The notes: generated by a model not told the origin, from the sequence alone. 63,574 nt of DNA, filler included, from Squatina squatina (GCA_031763465.1; 4 parts of 4 records of this genome joined end to end with filler, not necessarily neighbours in it), one strand, 5' to 3'; positions 13,598-27,884 are shown, counted from the first letter of the whole stretch. Translations and numbers: made by a program.

Positions 13598-13609
13598 TTA
13601 ATTAATTAA
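13598..13609. other. Artificial scaffold-joining linker TTAATTAATTAA in a 44N+12+44N spacer
   Basis: Exact palindromic 12-mer with stops in all six frames, centred in exactly 44 N on each side (13554-13653). Confidence 0.95.
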
Positions 13610-13653
13610 NNNNNNNNNNNNNNNNNNNNNNNNNNNNNNNNNNNNNNNNNNNN

Positions 13654-13765
13654 GAAAGCAGGAACAGGGTACTGAATTTGGATGATCTGCCATGATCATA
13701 TTGAATGGTGGAGCAGGCTCGAAGGGCCGAGTGGCCAACTCCTGCACCTATTTTCTATGTTTCCT
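13654..13765 (+). mobile_element. CR1/HER1-type LINE 3' tail
   Basis: gatctgccatgatcatattgaatggtggagcaggctcgaagggccga...tcctgcacctattttctatgtttc, the typical elasmobranch CR1 tail. Confidence 0.75.
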
Positions 13766-16700
13766 TTCTGCATACAATCATTGACTTTTAAATCTCTAGC
13801 TTGGTGTTACTACTTCTTGACTTCCCTGTTTCTATTCATTTCAACCTTTGGGCCCTAGACTTTTGGCTAAATTTATCAATACTAATATTTGAACAAAAAA
13901 TGCTGCACAGCTTTGTTTTATTTTCATTTTCTCAATTATTTTTCAGTGCTCATTGGAGTTATGTTAGAAAACTGAACTACATGGAAGACAGTGAATATAT
14001 CCAGGGTCCTGGCCGGAAGCATCATGGCTACCATTCCATCAGGGACAATATTCTAGCCTTTGCTTAGGGCCGAGTGAAAAAAGTGAAATGAAGGAAGGAG
14101 GGCAGGCATTGGATTGTAGGTGGACAGGCACAGGATACAGGTAGAAATCTATTCCATTTTGAATGATGCCACATGAAAGGGACTTTGCAATTGCAAAGAG
14201 TTCCAACACCCCTTTATGCCTTTGCTGTCACTGTAAAGAGAGATAACTGCATGCCATGTTTTAAATATAGCTCCTGATCTGGACACACTATCTGCTAAGA
14301 ACTCCAGCTTCCAGAATGTCTTGTGTGCCAGAGGGCAAGTATAATGGTTCAAAAGGAACATTTTTTGCACAAAAAAGCATTGGAAGAATTAACTTTGTAA
14401 AATATTCATTTCTTTTGCATGGAAAATAAATAGCAGGCTCAAAATTTAATCAGCTCAAGTTAAGTCAGAGACTAAACAATTTCTGCAATGATCAGCCAGA
14501 AGGAAAGAAAAGTTAAAATGTGTAAAATGACAGACGAGGGAATCTCAGTCAGACATAGTAAGCCCTTGGTGGAGGTTAATTAGGTTTGTATGAACAGGGC
14601 ATCTCATTTCAATACTTACTGAAGAACCTCAGGGCAACATACTCCTATAAGCTGCAAGTCTTCTTACTGGAACTGGAACTGATCATTGTGAAACTCAAAA
14701 TGATTAATGTTTTAAATCTTTATTAACAATAAAAAGATACAATAAATGTTTTTCAGAAATACGCTGAATTACTTCAGTTGTTCTAATGGCAGAACATATG
14801 TAAGTGATAAAATTCTTACAGTGCCCTGTTCTTTATTGCTGGCTGCTGTCTTGATTTATAAGGAGTGACTTTCTGACATTGTGCTGCTAGCTTGGAGCCT
14901 CACCCACCAAGAGTGCATATTGGATAGTCAGGCAAAAGGTGGAAAATTACTGGAAAGTCGTGGACAGTGTGTGCCTAAATTTCTAATATGCACTCAGCAG
15001 GTAAAGCTCCCCAAGATGAAACATTACCTCAATCATGACATTTAGTTCAATCATTTTTCTTTAACTTCGCACACAGGGAAATATATAAACTCCTGCATAT
15101 TTTGGAATATATCTGAAGTGAAAATAATCTGCAATTAAATGGACTTTTTTNNNNNNNNNNNNNNNNNNNNNNNNNNNNNNNNNNNNNNNNNNNNNNNNNN
15201 NNNNNNNNNNNNNNNNNNNNNNNNNNNNNNNNNNNNNNNNNNNNNNNNNNGAACAGCTATTACATAATTAATAAGTCACATTCATTTTAATTCATATTCT
15301 TTACTAATGCCAGGATAAGTCTCTGCAACCTCAGAAGCTCCATCTGTTTACACGTGAGATTACACAGATTAAATTAAAAAGTAAAAGCACTAGCAAGAAA
15401 ATTCAAAGCTATCCCCCTAACCCTCGCATTGCATCAATAAAACATCTAGAGAAAATTATTATAACCTTGGGCTGTAATTCAAAACATGATTGTCTCTAAT
15501 GCACCCACATCTTAAACTATTGGTCACATTGGTTTTAACTCATTCAGATCATGAAGTCCAGTGTTTTCATTGTGTGATATCAGAAGTGCCAAAGAACAAG
15601 GAAAGGCTGCTATTTCGTGTTAAATAAAGTGCTATGACCTATGGTCTTGAACATGCTGATTAATTATTGATATCTTTATTAATAACAGGGAGAGCCAATA
15701 ATATAAAAGTCGAAACATACCCTGATGCAGGTTTTGGCTAAATGAATCGCAGCTAATGACCAAAACTGACCTCTGCACCACTTGTCATTTGAAATCCTAG
15801 GGACAATATCTTAACACAAATTTTAGCAACTTTGCTGTAGCAATGACAGATCTTGCTATTTTTAAATATAAATATATATGTATATGCACATTTTTTTCGT
15901 ACCTTGGCGAGTGCATTACTAATCATTCCTACTATAACTGAAGGCCCATAAAGAAGACAATCTGCAGGTTTTACAGTGATGTATGCGGTAGAGCAGGACA
16001 CAACATCCCTTTCTTCAGGCACTTCCATTACAGAAAATAAAAAAGTGATTCTGTAGAGTCTTCGGAAGCTGGTTAGGTGAAAAGTCTGTCATTCTGACAT
16101 TTGTTTAGAAAGAGACACACTAAATCACAATTAATGATGTCAATCTCCTGATTAATTTCCAACGATGCAGAAGTCGCAGTCACTTGTGGAGAGATGGCAA
16201 CGCAGTTGCAGAGCAGCAAAATGGTCCCTGAGCAGAAAGATGTTTGTATTTCATTCTTCTGAAAACTGGATTGAATTTCACTATTTCTTCTTTTGTTAGC
16301 AGCACATATGAATTATATAAACTATCTTTATGGGCAAAGAGAGATTTATAGTACACGGCGGCATGCACCAGTATAAAAAAACAGCTAATTTATATTAACT
16401 GACCAAAATGAATTGGTCATTACATTTAATCTTACAAACATTACATATTTATTCATTGCTTTCTACTAACCAATGCCCATGTTAAAAAGGGGCAGACATC
16501 CAATCTGGTACTCGGAATCAATCAGGAATGAACGTGAACTCTCTCCACAGCAAGTAGCTTCATACATCGACAATCGAAACAGCTAGACGAGGCTGCAAAA
16601 ATGATTTTGTATGATTTTTGAATGATGCTATATAATAGGCAGCCAATTTGATATCGTCTGTTTTACACTTTTGATGCCTACACCAATAATACCTCCAACT

Positions 16701-17860
16701 CAAAACGCTCGTGCGTGTGCTGCCCACCATATTAGACACTTTTGTGCCTGGAAAATGGGAGCAACAACATTTAATTTCCAGGCTAGCAACTTTTAATGAT
16801 TTTTTTAGCAAAACATTCCTCTGTCTTGATTTTTGGATGAGAAGGGATGGTAATAGATATGCTGAGATCTGAGAATAAACTTGTAAAGTGAGACAAACAG
16901 TCCAAGCTAGAATTAATTTTATTAAGAACATCATCGAGCTCAAACTGTTTCAATTGACAGTATCATCTGGGCACAATTCCAAACTGTGGGTGCTCACTGA
17001 GGCTGATCTGTGGAATACCGTGTCCTGATAACTGACAGCTCGGCAAAAGTTCTCATTGATAAAGATAAATAACCACTACTCAGGGAAATTTTTTGCATCA
17101 TTAAACATTGTGAACGTATAACCCAGTAGCGGGTGGAACTCATTCCCCAAAGAGATAAATCAAAATTATTTTCACTGCAGTGATTTCAGCAATACCAAGA
17201 ATGGCTAATAGGCTGACACCAGAGAGAAAGGAATTTCTGTATTTAACTGCATGTTTTTATGCAATATTTGTCAACATTGATATTAAATCGCCAAAAAATG
17301 GGGACAGTTAAAATAATTTTTCCTGGTTTCTTTCCTGCAGTATTTCACATGATGATTTCTGCAGATACAGAATCTGTGAAGTCATGTAAAGGCCTCATTT
17401 AGTTTTTACTGTTCGATAAAATGTTTACAATAATTGACTAATTATCTCTGTTTAATTAAAGTTCAAATACTAAGCATTTCATTATTTTTCAACAGTTTAA
17501 CAGGCTAATTAAACTGTTACAGAAAATGAGGTGTAATTGGGGGGATGTAAATCGCTGGAATGTAGACAGCTTTGGTGGTAATTAGCAAGAATTTAACACC
17601 ATAAATTATCTTTTTGTTCAGTTTATGATGTTAAATATGAAGTTATCTGGTTAGGCATTATTTGCAATTGTATTGAAGATAGTCATTCATGCCTTTGTAC
17701 ATTTTGAACTGACAGAACCCAGCATCAAAGTCTTATCAGTATATCGCAGGTTTAAACTATTGTGCAACAAAACAGCAGATCATTTCAATTGGATTTAAGT
17801 AAAGCAGAATCAATGCAGCAGCAGTTGGGGCCTCAGTAAATGGGAGAGAAATGTATACTT

Positions 17861-18028
17861 TATCCTGAATAATTACAACACAATATGGATTGTGTTCAAT
17901 CCTGTACCATTACAGCACTGTATGGGCTTTGTTATATACTGAATAATTACTACACAGTATGGACTCTGTTGTGTCATGAATAATTATTGCAGTGTGGACT
18001 GTTTTCCATCCTGAATAATTACTGCAGA
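17861..18028. repeat. Degenerate tandem repeat (core tgaataattac/t...tggac/t, about 4 copies)
   Basis: tgaataatta recurs at about 17866, 17940, 17977 and 18012 and runs into a gap. Confidence 0.6.
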
Positions 18029-18129
18029 GNNNNNNNNNNNNNNNNNNNNNNNNNNNNNNNNNNNNNNNNNNNNNNNNNNNNNNNNNNNNNNNNNNNNNNN
18101 NNNNNNNNNNNNNNNNNNNNNNNNNNNNN

Positions 18130-18324
18130 AACCTTCAGAAGATCTATACTCTGCTCTATCATGCCTCTAGAGATCTTACTAGATGGGTAGTGCCAGGATG
18201 ATCTGGCTCTCCTCTGGTGCTGCCTGATTAATCTGGCTTCCCATGCAGCCTCCTGCTGCTCCCCTTCCTCCAGCATATTGATCTTGTAAAGTAGGATTCC
18301 TATTGTGCAACCCTCAGACCCCAT
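18130..18324 (-). mobile_element. Internally deleted Harbinger element (transposase remnants)
   Basis: RGMIEQSIDLLKV matches the Harbinger C-terminal catalytic-E motif R..IEQTIGLLK. It is preceded by an acidic/Arg-rich, N-terminus-like segment. Confidence 0.5.
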
Positions 18325-20514
18325 CTCAGTAATTGCATTGAAACAGAATTATTTCCAAGAGTGCTGCAGAATGTAGGGGAAGGATTCCTGAGTATAAGAA
18401 TGAAAAAAAATCAAAGTCTTCACAAGCAATCTCAGTGAGCAGCCTCCCTTTAACAAAATTGATGAACAGATCCTGGCAGACTGAACCTTTAAGCAGTGAC
18501 ACACATTCTCAAGGTCAAATGGGTAGGCAGAAGTCCTGGCATTAAGGAGGGGTGATGACATCCTATCCTAAATACTATCATTTACACATGGTTGCCATGG
18601 TGAGGGCAGACAGGAATTTCTACTGGGTTACCTCTTCATTAATTGACCATAATAGAAATTCCTGGCCCTGCAAAGGTGCAAATTCCAATTTATGTTCTCC
18701 CAACCCTGGAATTTTGGGGCCCATTGCTCAGTTCTGCTCCTTTATACCTTTTGGGGGTGAAATTGGCTAGCGCCTCCGTGGAGGNNNNNNNNNNNNNNNN
18801 NNNNNNNNNNNNNNNNNNNNNNNNNNNNNNNNNNNNNNNNNNNNNNNNNNNNNNNNNNNNNNNNNNNNNNNNNNNNNNNNNNNNAATGAATGTCTATCAC
18901 TATGCTTGTATCATATGTGGGCTATATTTCTGTCCATCACATGTCAGGTACTGATACACAGGCCGGCTCATTGGCTATCTTATGTCTGCTATCTGTCTAT
19001 CCAACTTTACAGCATTACTGCTGTAAATGTTACCATTGTAAATGTCGTGTTTTGCCAGGAAAGGTACACATCATTTATTTCTTGGTGTCAGTGCATAGGG
19101 CTTTTAATAATCTCTATTAAAACCATAAAGAGCATGTCAGTAAAGCTCTTTTGATCTGAGAGATATTTTCAAATCTTAAACTAAACACCTGTGGGCAAAC
19201 AGAATTTAATGAGTTCATGGTCAATTCTATGCAACATTTCATTTCTGGCTCACATTGTTTTCAAGCTGACATTTCCTTCAGTAATACTTGGTGATAGGTG
19301 CTGAAATACTTTTGTAGGTTTTGATGAGATCCAATGTGAAGAAAATAGGAAACCCAGGAGTAAATACATACAACATTAAAAATTTATAAGCAATAAAAAT
19401 ATACTTCAGTGTGACATGACTTTAAAGATCTGCGGAGACCAAACGCCTAAAAATCAATTAAAATCTACTTATTTTTATTTCCAAATGACTTCAACAATCA
19501 AACAATGGTCCTTTATTAAAGTTTCACGCAGGGGGACAAATTCAAATTGCCACTAAGGTGACTAGATTGGACTTACTTTAGATATCTTGTCAAATACAAG
19601 AACATAATCTGCCATCTGATACTTTGGTCCAAACAGAAAGACATGATGAGTAAGTGCAAGGCATTTTCAAAATGCTTTCAAGCTGCATCTCTTCAATAAC
19701 ACTTCATCAGTGCATTAAGGAGTTTAATAAATTTCACTGGAAAAACACACTCATGATCAGAGAAGCAAGTCGGTGTTTCCTAATTAGCTCTTTAAGCTCA
19801 GGAGAAATCTTGGTTCCTTTTTGAAATCCAGTGTGTCAGAGTTATGAAGAAAAGGTGGCTGTAAGAGTATGAATGTTATAATTGAAGCATCTCACAAGCT
19901 GTTTACTACATCACCAAGGATTAGAATCAAAGCCTGATTCACTGTCCCGTTCACATGTGCATCATTTCGTCCTTTCTGCCTTACCAGATGGAGTAGGTAA
20001 GGGGGATTGGCTCCTGAGCTCCCTAACCACATGCTGTTTGTAATTATACTACAAGGAACTAATTACATAATGCTCCTCAGAATTTAAAGTTGTTATTACA
20101 TATAATGTTGATTTTTGTTCTGTTTCTTCGCAGTTCAAGGCCTCTTGTACTTGACTTGTAGAATATTTGTACTCAGAAACTAACAAATAAGCAATATATT
20201 ATCAGGGCATCCTCTAATGAGCAATATGAACAATCCACTGCAATGATTTGCTTACTGAAATAATTATGCTAAACACAGAAAAGTCTGACAATCTCAGTTA
20301 CTAAACCAAGTTGTCAAATGCCCCTGCACTTGCAACAATCAGTCAGATAGTTGCTCTGTGACATCACCTTACTCCTTTGTAGTGTGTCCTGGCATAACAT
20401 CAAATGCAGTCCNNNNNNNNNNNNNNNNNNNNNNNNNNNNNNNNNNNNNNNNNNNNNNNNNNNNNNNNNNNNNNNNNNNNNNNNNNNNNNNNNNNNNNNN
20501 NNNNNNNNNNNNAA

Positions 20515-20780
20515 TCATTCTAGAAATGTGGATGTGATTAGGCCCATCCCTAGTTGCCCTTGGGAAGGTGGTAGTGAGCTGCCTTCTTGAACCGCTGCAG
20601 TCTGTGGTGAAGATACTCCCACAGTGGGAGTTACAGGATATTGGCCCAAAGTCGATGAAGAAATGGCGCTAGTTGGGCTAGTTTTGACTTGGAGGTGATG
20701 GTGCTCCCATACGCTTGCTGTCCTTGTCCTTCTTGGAGCTGAAGGTCACAGATTTGGGAGGTGCTGTTGAAGAAGTATGG
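20515..20780 (-). mobile_element. LINE 3' end (same family as 10180-10345)
   Basis: gcccatccctagttgcccttgggaaggtggtagtgagctgccttcttgaaccgctgcag is the reverse complement of the family tail. Confidence 0.65.
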
Positions 20781-23261
20781 AATGATAAACCCACTCACAC
20801 TCATCCTTTCTTTGTACTAAAGCATGCCAGTGCAAATCACTATTCCATTGTATGCTAATAGACATTTAATACAATATCTACACCTAGCCTGTACTAGACT
20901 AGACTGCACATTGTCCAAAATGATTTTAATTGATTATATGTGGTTAAGATGTGAATAAACTTTTTTTTTTAAAGGAGGGGACATATTCTCTAATGATATA
21001 ATTTTAAGGAAAAATTCTCCCCCAAAATTACAATTTGAGGTAGAATTATTTTAGTCTTGTTGCCAGGTAAAAGGATATACTGAGCTGAATGGCTTTTGAT
21101 CAAGGTTAAATTAGAAATTTAATGCTAACCTGAATTAGTTAATTAATGTTAGCCTACACTTGCCAGATTTAGTAAAAAGTATTATACATCATAATGAAAG
21201 AATCCGCCCCAAAGTGCGGAACCTTGCATCCACAAGAGATCTGTGAAAAACCTATGAAAAATCTTTGGAGTTTGATTCCCTTTTACCTGCCACTCATAGC
21301 CTGTAGCAATTAACTTTCAAACACGTTAATTACATTTTAAAAGGCTCGGCCTATTGTGATTGAAAAAAAGCAAAGGTTAATAAAGTTCTGAAAAAAAAGT
21401 TCTGTGGAACTCTAAATTGTGCGTGGTAGATTAGTGTTACCTTCTGAAAATTCTCCAGATAATCTTCAGGTACTGAAAAATAGGCAAGGTGATTGCACGT
21501 AATCTCCTACTTAGCATTTACCTTTCTCTCTTAGCATCTATTTCAGCTCCTGCAACCAACGCACACTTTCTGTTTATTGGATTGCTGCGCGGTGGAATGT
21601 CCTGCCACATTTGCACNNNNNNNNNNNNNNNNNNNNNNNNNNNNNNNNNNNNNNNNNNNNNNNNNNNNNNNNNNNNNNNNNNNNNNNNNNNNNNNNNNNN
21701 NNNNNNNNNNNNNNNNTGATGCTTTTGATAAAGAAGTTGAGGTAAGTGTGTTCTACTGTTACAGTTTAAGGGAACATAGAGGCTATTGCACAAGTGGGAT
21801 CTAAGCCAGGCAGGATTTGTTCTTAGCATTATTTAGCGGTCATTCATGCCCCATTGGGAAAGGTTAAGGCTATAATTGGCCCTTGTCTGAAACCACTCAA
21901 GCTGCAGAATATGTGAAGGTTAGCAACAGTTTTCAGCCTAATTGCTCCCTTGTGACTTAATCATGAAACCATACATACTTGCACAGCAGTAGGCCACGAC
22001 TCATTTACTTCTTGCAGTGACATTTCCAGGAGATGATTAGTATGTCATTTTCTTCCACTACCTCATTGTTCTTCAGACATACACATGCAAGATGTCTTAT
22101 TCCCTTGTCCAACTATGACATGAAAATACATTTGTACTTCCCATTGTCTATGGCAAAGAAGGAAAAGGCTTCTGTTGGTATTCTGATGATTCTCTATAAC
22201 TACTAGCTGTTTCTGTTGAACTAACATATGCAAATGTGGGACACATTTGGAAATGTAAGGCAGGATTATCACACAGTAATAGACAGTGACAACACATCTC
22301 CTCTGGGCTCCATTTTAATGAAGATACCCAGTACATAGAATTATTTATCAGCAACTTTTGGGGCCTTGTGGATTTAAACTCAGGAGCAATCAATACCATA
22401 TGCTGTGCTGTCCTTTGTCTTTGACTTCCAAATAACATTTTTAATATGTTTTAGTTAAGTTAAAAGAATATTTATATGGCATAACTCTTAAAGTATTTGT
22501 TATAAACGGTTGCATTCAAATAGAATTTTGAAAGAAATGTCACAGATTGCTGAACAGATAGGAGTAAAATTCATCTGTTCGATATGCTTATTTTCTGAAT
22601 AAAGCGAGCTTTAATGCTGAGTAATTGTATGGGTTCATTCCATTAAATTGNNNNNNNNNNNNNNNNNNNNNNNNNNNNNNNNNNNNNNNNNNNNNNNNNN
22701 NNNNNNNNNNNNNNNNNNNNNNNNNNNNNNNNNNNNNNNNNNNNNNNNNNTTCTCAATATTTTTGTGTTATAAGCAGGAGGGGACCTTTACAGAATTTTC
22801 CCTTCAAGTTGTTATATGACAGAAATGTTGTGGTTTTATGAGCTTGATACAGACATTTTTCACACATATGACTACTGATGACACTACTGTATTTGTAGCA
22901 GTAAAGGCACATTTTCATGGCATCATATTCAAGTATTTTCCAGACTTTGTTATATTCCTAAATTGAGCAATTGGTGTGACACACAGAGATCTATTGCAAG
23001 TAGACTAAAGAGCAGGAATGGTTCATCGTAAGTCATGAATAATGGAGTGAAAANNNNNNNNNNCAGCATCCCAGACTGAATTTAATGGAACCAGTCTCCT
23101 AATACATGTTAAATTAAAAATATATATATTTAGAGAAAGTATAAATCAAATTAAATATTTACTTTAAGTGTTAGTGAATATTTTAATAATTTTACAACAT
23201 CAAGATAGTGATTGACTGCAGGATTAATGGTTTGGTTAACATTTAGAGAGGAAGGTAAAAA

Positions 23262-23648
23262 AGACTTGTACTGCATTTCTATAGCATCTTTCACAACCAC
23301 TGGATGTCCCAAAGTGCTTTACAATCAATGAAGTACTTCTGATGTGTAGTCATTCTTGTAATGTAGGAAGTACAGCAGCCAATCCCACAAACAACAATTT
23401 GNNNNNNNNNNTCCTGTTGGTTGAGGGATACATATTGACCAGGGCATACTCCACTGCTCTTCTTTGAAAGAGTGCCAGGGGATCTTTCATATCCACTTGA
23501 GAGGGACTTGGTTTAACATCTCATCTGAAAGATAACACCTCTAACAATGCAGCACTCCCAGCCTAGATTTTTTGCACTCAAGTTGTGGAGTAGGACTTGA
23601 ACTAACAACCTTCTGACTCAGAGGCAAGTGTACTACCAACTGAACCAC
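23262..23648 (-). mobile_element. SacSINE1/DeuSINE-like SINE
   Basis: Reverse-complement copy of the 11945-12258 element, from tail (caatgaagtacttctgatgtgtagtca) to head (ccttctgactcagaggc...ccaactgaaccac). Confidence 0.75.
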
Positions 23649-24454
23649 TGGTGAATGAATGAGAGCTGAGTGTTCATTCAACACTCACAAGCGGTGCAAG
23701 TTATATCTTCAAACAATAGGGTAGCATCCTAGAATTTAATATCCACCTTAGTAAATATTAATTAGTAAATCACATTTTGTTGTATTGTTTTATTTTCTAT
23801 AATCCTGTCTCTAGATTTNNNNNNNNNNNNNNNNNNNNNNNNNNNNNNNNNNNNNNNNNNNNNNNNNNNNNNNNNNNNNNNNNNNNNNNNNNNNNNNNNN
23901 NNNNNNNNNNNNNNNNNNGCCTGCAGACATGATAAGGTGCTCTATAAATACAAGTTCTTTCATTTTAAGGATCTGAGCTCCACAAGCAAATCATCTTGAA
24001 GTACCTAAAAGCACACCCCAGGGCATCAAATATCATTTAAGACCAGATTTAATCACTAGAGTGTATTTTGAGTTTGCATTAATATACTTGAATATCTATG
24101 GTGTGCAGAATTAGTGAGGACTAGGATTGCTGTGCAGTGTTGCAGATCTGCAATGTGTTACAAAAAAAATAAACTGCCTTTGTTTATCATTGCTACATCT
24201 GACTCTCTTCATTACGTAAATTCCAATCTAATATAGAACCACTCTGCAAATTAGACAGCCATTAGAGTCACCATGGTATTGTTGATTACTGACAACATCA
24301 TATCACCTTCTGTGAAAGCACATTAGTGCAGACATAATTTGGTTGTTTTCATTACTGGAAATGATTTAGGTCATTCTGATACTAGGCATTATGCAGTCAG
24401 CCAAAATGACTGGTAGAATGCCACAGGGCTCTCAGTTTTACTATTCATAGAGTC

Positions 24455-24745
24455 ACATGGAAATTACAACATGAAAACAGGCCGTTAATCACAACCAATC
24501 CATGTTGGCGTATATCCTCTCAACAGGCAGTAGTCTTAATCCCATGTGGCTGTCCTGTTCCCCCATAGCTTATTCCCCTTTCCTTCAACTACCTATCGAA
24601 CCTGTTCTTAAAGGTAGACGTGGTCTCTGCTTCAATCACTAACTCCAGTAGTTCATTCCACAGCCTGACAACCATATGTGTAAGAAAGGTTTCTCCTGCT
24701 CTCTGTCCTAAATCTCTTACACTTAATCTTATATCTATATTCTAT
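24455..24745 (-). mobile_element. CR1-like LINE 3' end
   Basis: catagagtca...acaacatgaaaacaggcc tail and the gttcattccacagcctgacaacc segment (reverse: VVRLWNEL). Confidence 0.6.
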
Positions 24746-27700
24746 TGTTCTTCCAATTTGATTAGTATAATGCAACACATGCAGAGAGCACTGTAAAAAG
24801 TTGATGTAATCACAGTTGCATTGGATACATAATTGAATACAGAGCAACAANNNNNNNNNNNNNNNNNNNNNNNNNNNNNNNNNNNNNNNNNNNNNNNNNN
24901 NNNNNNNNNNNNNNNNNNNNNNNNNNNNNNNNNNNNNNNNNNNNNNNNNNCTCTCTAAACTAAGTAACATGCTTACCTCAACCTTATCTATACCTTTTTT
25001 AATTTTCTGATCAAGCGGCCCAGGCTATGGACAGGTGTGATCGCCAAGCAAAGAAAAACATGTCATTTCACTGTTATATTTTCAAAGTAACCATTTTCCA
25101 TCTTTTTTCTCTTTTGTAAGTGTTCAGTAGCATATGCAATATTTTGCTTGTTCTTTATTGTTCTATCTTACATGAAGATAAATAGCATTTTTTATACATG
25201 AATCTACAATGTAGAAAAAGCAGATGATACAAACATATTGTTACATAAATTGATTATTTCCACTTCATATTTTGGTATTCCTCCAAAAGAATCTTTTCAG
25301 GTTTTCTCCAGTACCAACTTTCTTTGCAGTAGTATGTATAAACAATTCCAATAATAATCGATCACCCCCTTAATTTTCTGATTTCTCAGGTGAGATATGT
25401 CCAAGGACAAACTTCTTTCTCTCAGAACCTACAGGAGCCTCTCTCAATTTTTCTCCCAAAGCCTGTCTCTCTGAGATGTTCTTGTAAATGATTGCTACTC
25501 TATAAATGGAGGTTGTTACATGAGTAGGATCTTCTGTATGAGTCGTTTAGTCCACACTAGATGCATAGCAAGGACAGGGAGGAGTATGGAGAAGCCATTA
25601 CTCAGATCTGCAAAGAGAAGTAAATGCTTTTCTGCACTGCAGTCTGCCATAGACCACATTGCAACTCTTGTAGCATCTGCGATGGAGCCCTCAGTGGAAC
25701 AGGTCATATGCACAATGGAAACATCTGTCACAAATGCCTAGTCTGCAGTAAAGGCGTTGGGCTCAGATATTAAAGCTGCTCTCTTACCTGGCTTCAACAT
25801 GCTGGAACATTAGATAGAGACAGCCTTATAGCCCTCATAGAATCCCATTGTTCTGCTGGCACACAAATCAATGAACATGCTTATGGGGTGTTCAGCATCA
25901 AGTGCATTCCTGTAGTAACCAGATGAGGTAACTACCTCTCAATGGCACATCTGGTTCATTAATCATCCCTGCACAAGTGATAATACATGTGTCAGAAAGT
26001 GAATAGGACCAGTCAGACACAAGAGCATTGGACCATTGCGATGTACACTGGTAAGAAGTCAAAGGGCATCCGAATTCAAACAGCCTACCATGGAAGCTTT
26101 GCTGTTAATTGACTTAGTTATTTCTTTCAATTCAGAATCAGTAAGCGGAGATAGATCAACATCGGAAATTTCTTTGGGGGTTCTCCTGATTGGCCGCCTA
26201 CACCTCGGTAAAGACCCCAGATGCACATGTAAACAAAGTTTCCACCAATCTTCCACCAAAGCTTTGGAGACAGATCAAGAGAAACCCCCAAGGAAAACTC
26301 TTCGAGGCCTTCTAAATGCCCCAGAATCTTTATCAGAGAAAAGCAAAGAATCCCGGAGGGGATCAGCTACCCTCTCTAGTCAGTGACTAAAATGAGTAGA
26401 GGAATTATTTTTTAAAATCTTTACTCAATTTGGGCCTCTGGAGAACTCCACTCACCTTTGGAAGGGCATTGTGCACTGGATCAATGTGACCGCAATTGAC
26501 ATGCCTTGCTGCCTATTGCCTAGAATTATGGACAGGGTCTCTGGTCTTGGGCGAGGATGGGCACAGCGTCTGCTCTGCCGCACTTACCCTGGCGGAGTGG
26601 AGTCCCAAGAATTTACAAGCCTGTGTCTATTTCCTACACCTTTCTTGCATCCTTCAGAGCAATAAGCATACAAAGGTATTCTGGAGATGGCAACGTGTCT
26701 TGTAAAATTGGGAAGTGTTACCCTGCAGACTAATGACAGTCAAAGCATTCACTTTCATTCAATGTACATATAGATGACTTTTTGAATACTTCAAAGTGAC
26801 TATTTCATGTCTGTGTCCTTTTTGTTCTTTTCTACTGTCTTTCAGTCTCTGATCTGGATCACAGCACATTCCTAATCTAGCAATAAGTTTTAAAAATAGA
26901 ATATCTGGAGTTTCTGAAACATAGCCTTTGCTTAAGGAGACAAGCTTTCTCTAATTGAGCTCTGCTTTCTGTGGCCTACATTCTGTCAGTGTAAGTTTCT
27001 GACCTCTCCTTTGCCATCGCTACATCATTAATGCAGTAAGATTAAAGGNNNNNNNNNNNNNNNNNNNNNNNNNNNNNNNNNNNNNNNNNNNNNNNNNNNN
27101 NNNNNNNNNNNNNNNNNNNNNNNNNNNNNNNNNNNNNNNNNNNNNNNNGTCATCGCCCGGCGGAGCTTCAGGGGGTGATACCCAATTTAGGGGCACTGCG
27201 CAAGGCGATGACATCAGCATCGCCAGCGCAGCAGAGCAGGGCACTACAGATTACCGCCGTCACTAAACTCCCGCCAAATTTAGCAGGAGTCATTAGCGAC
27301 GCCGTACCTGGGCGAAAAGTTGTTGCACTAACGGGAGGCGCAAATGACCCACATTTCTAGGCCGTGGAGTTTGCTTCATTTCCATTCCAGTTTGCCATTG
27401 GCTACCAGAATACCATGCTCCATTATTTAATTAGGTTGCAATCTTTGTCAGTGGTGCTGATCATAAGGTGCTACCCTAACAACAGCCCTGTAATAACACT
27501 GCCAGTATCAGTGCTTGCATTTCACAAGCTTAAGGATAAATTTGAATTAGAAAGCACATTTATGATTTCTGCAACTGGATCTTTCTGTGACTTCCTTATA
27601 TGCTTGTAGGAAATGAAAACCAAGATTGCACTCTGCTGTTACCTACTATCGATCCGCCATTGTTAAAAGATAAGTGGTATCAGTGGTTGGATTATGAAAA

Positions 27701-27884
27701 TGGTGAGGAGCCTAGTCATATGTGACACATTGGGGTTAGAAATTATATTTGGCAGAAGATGTCTTTTGCAACAATAGCCTCCTCTGGGGCTTGCACATCT
27801 AGAGTGCATCCCACCATTTGTTCTGCCTTACCCAAAATAATTGTGGACAGAGTGGATGTTAGAAAAGGTCCAATCAACAAGTCA

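Noticed and set aside
13598-13609. TTAATTAATTAA as a biological repeat, CRISPR-like spacer boundary or piggyBac site
   Set aside because: It is always centred in exactly 44 N on each side, so it is an assembly linker.
21717-21747. Donor-like GAG|GTAAGT after DAFDKEVE or MLLIKKL
   Set aside because: Only about 25 nt lie between the gap and the donor, too little to support an exon call or link it to INKA2 exon 1. It is also on a different scaffold piece.
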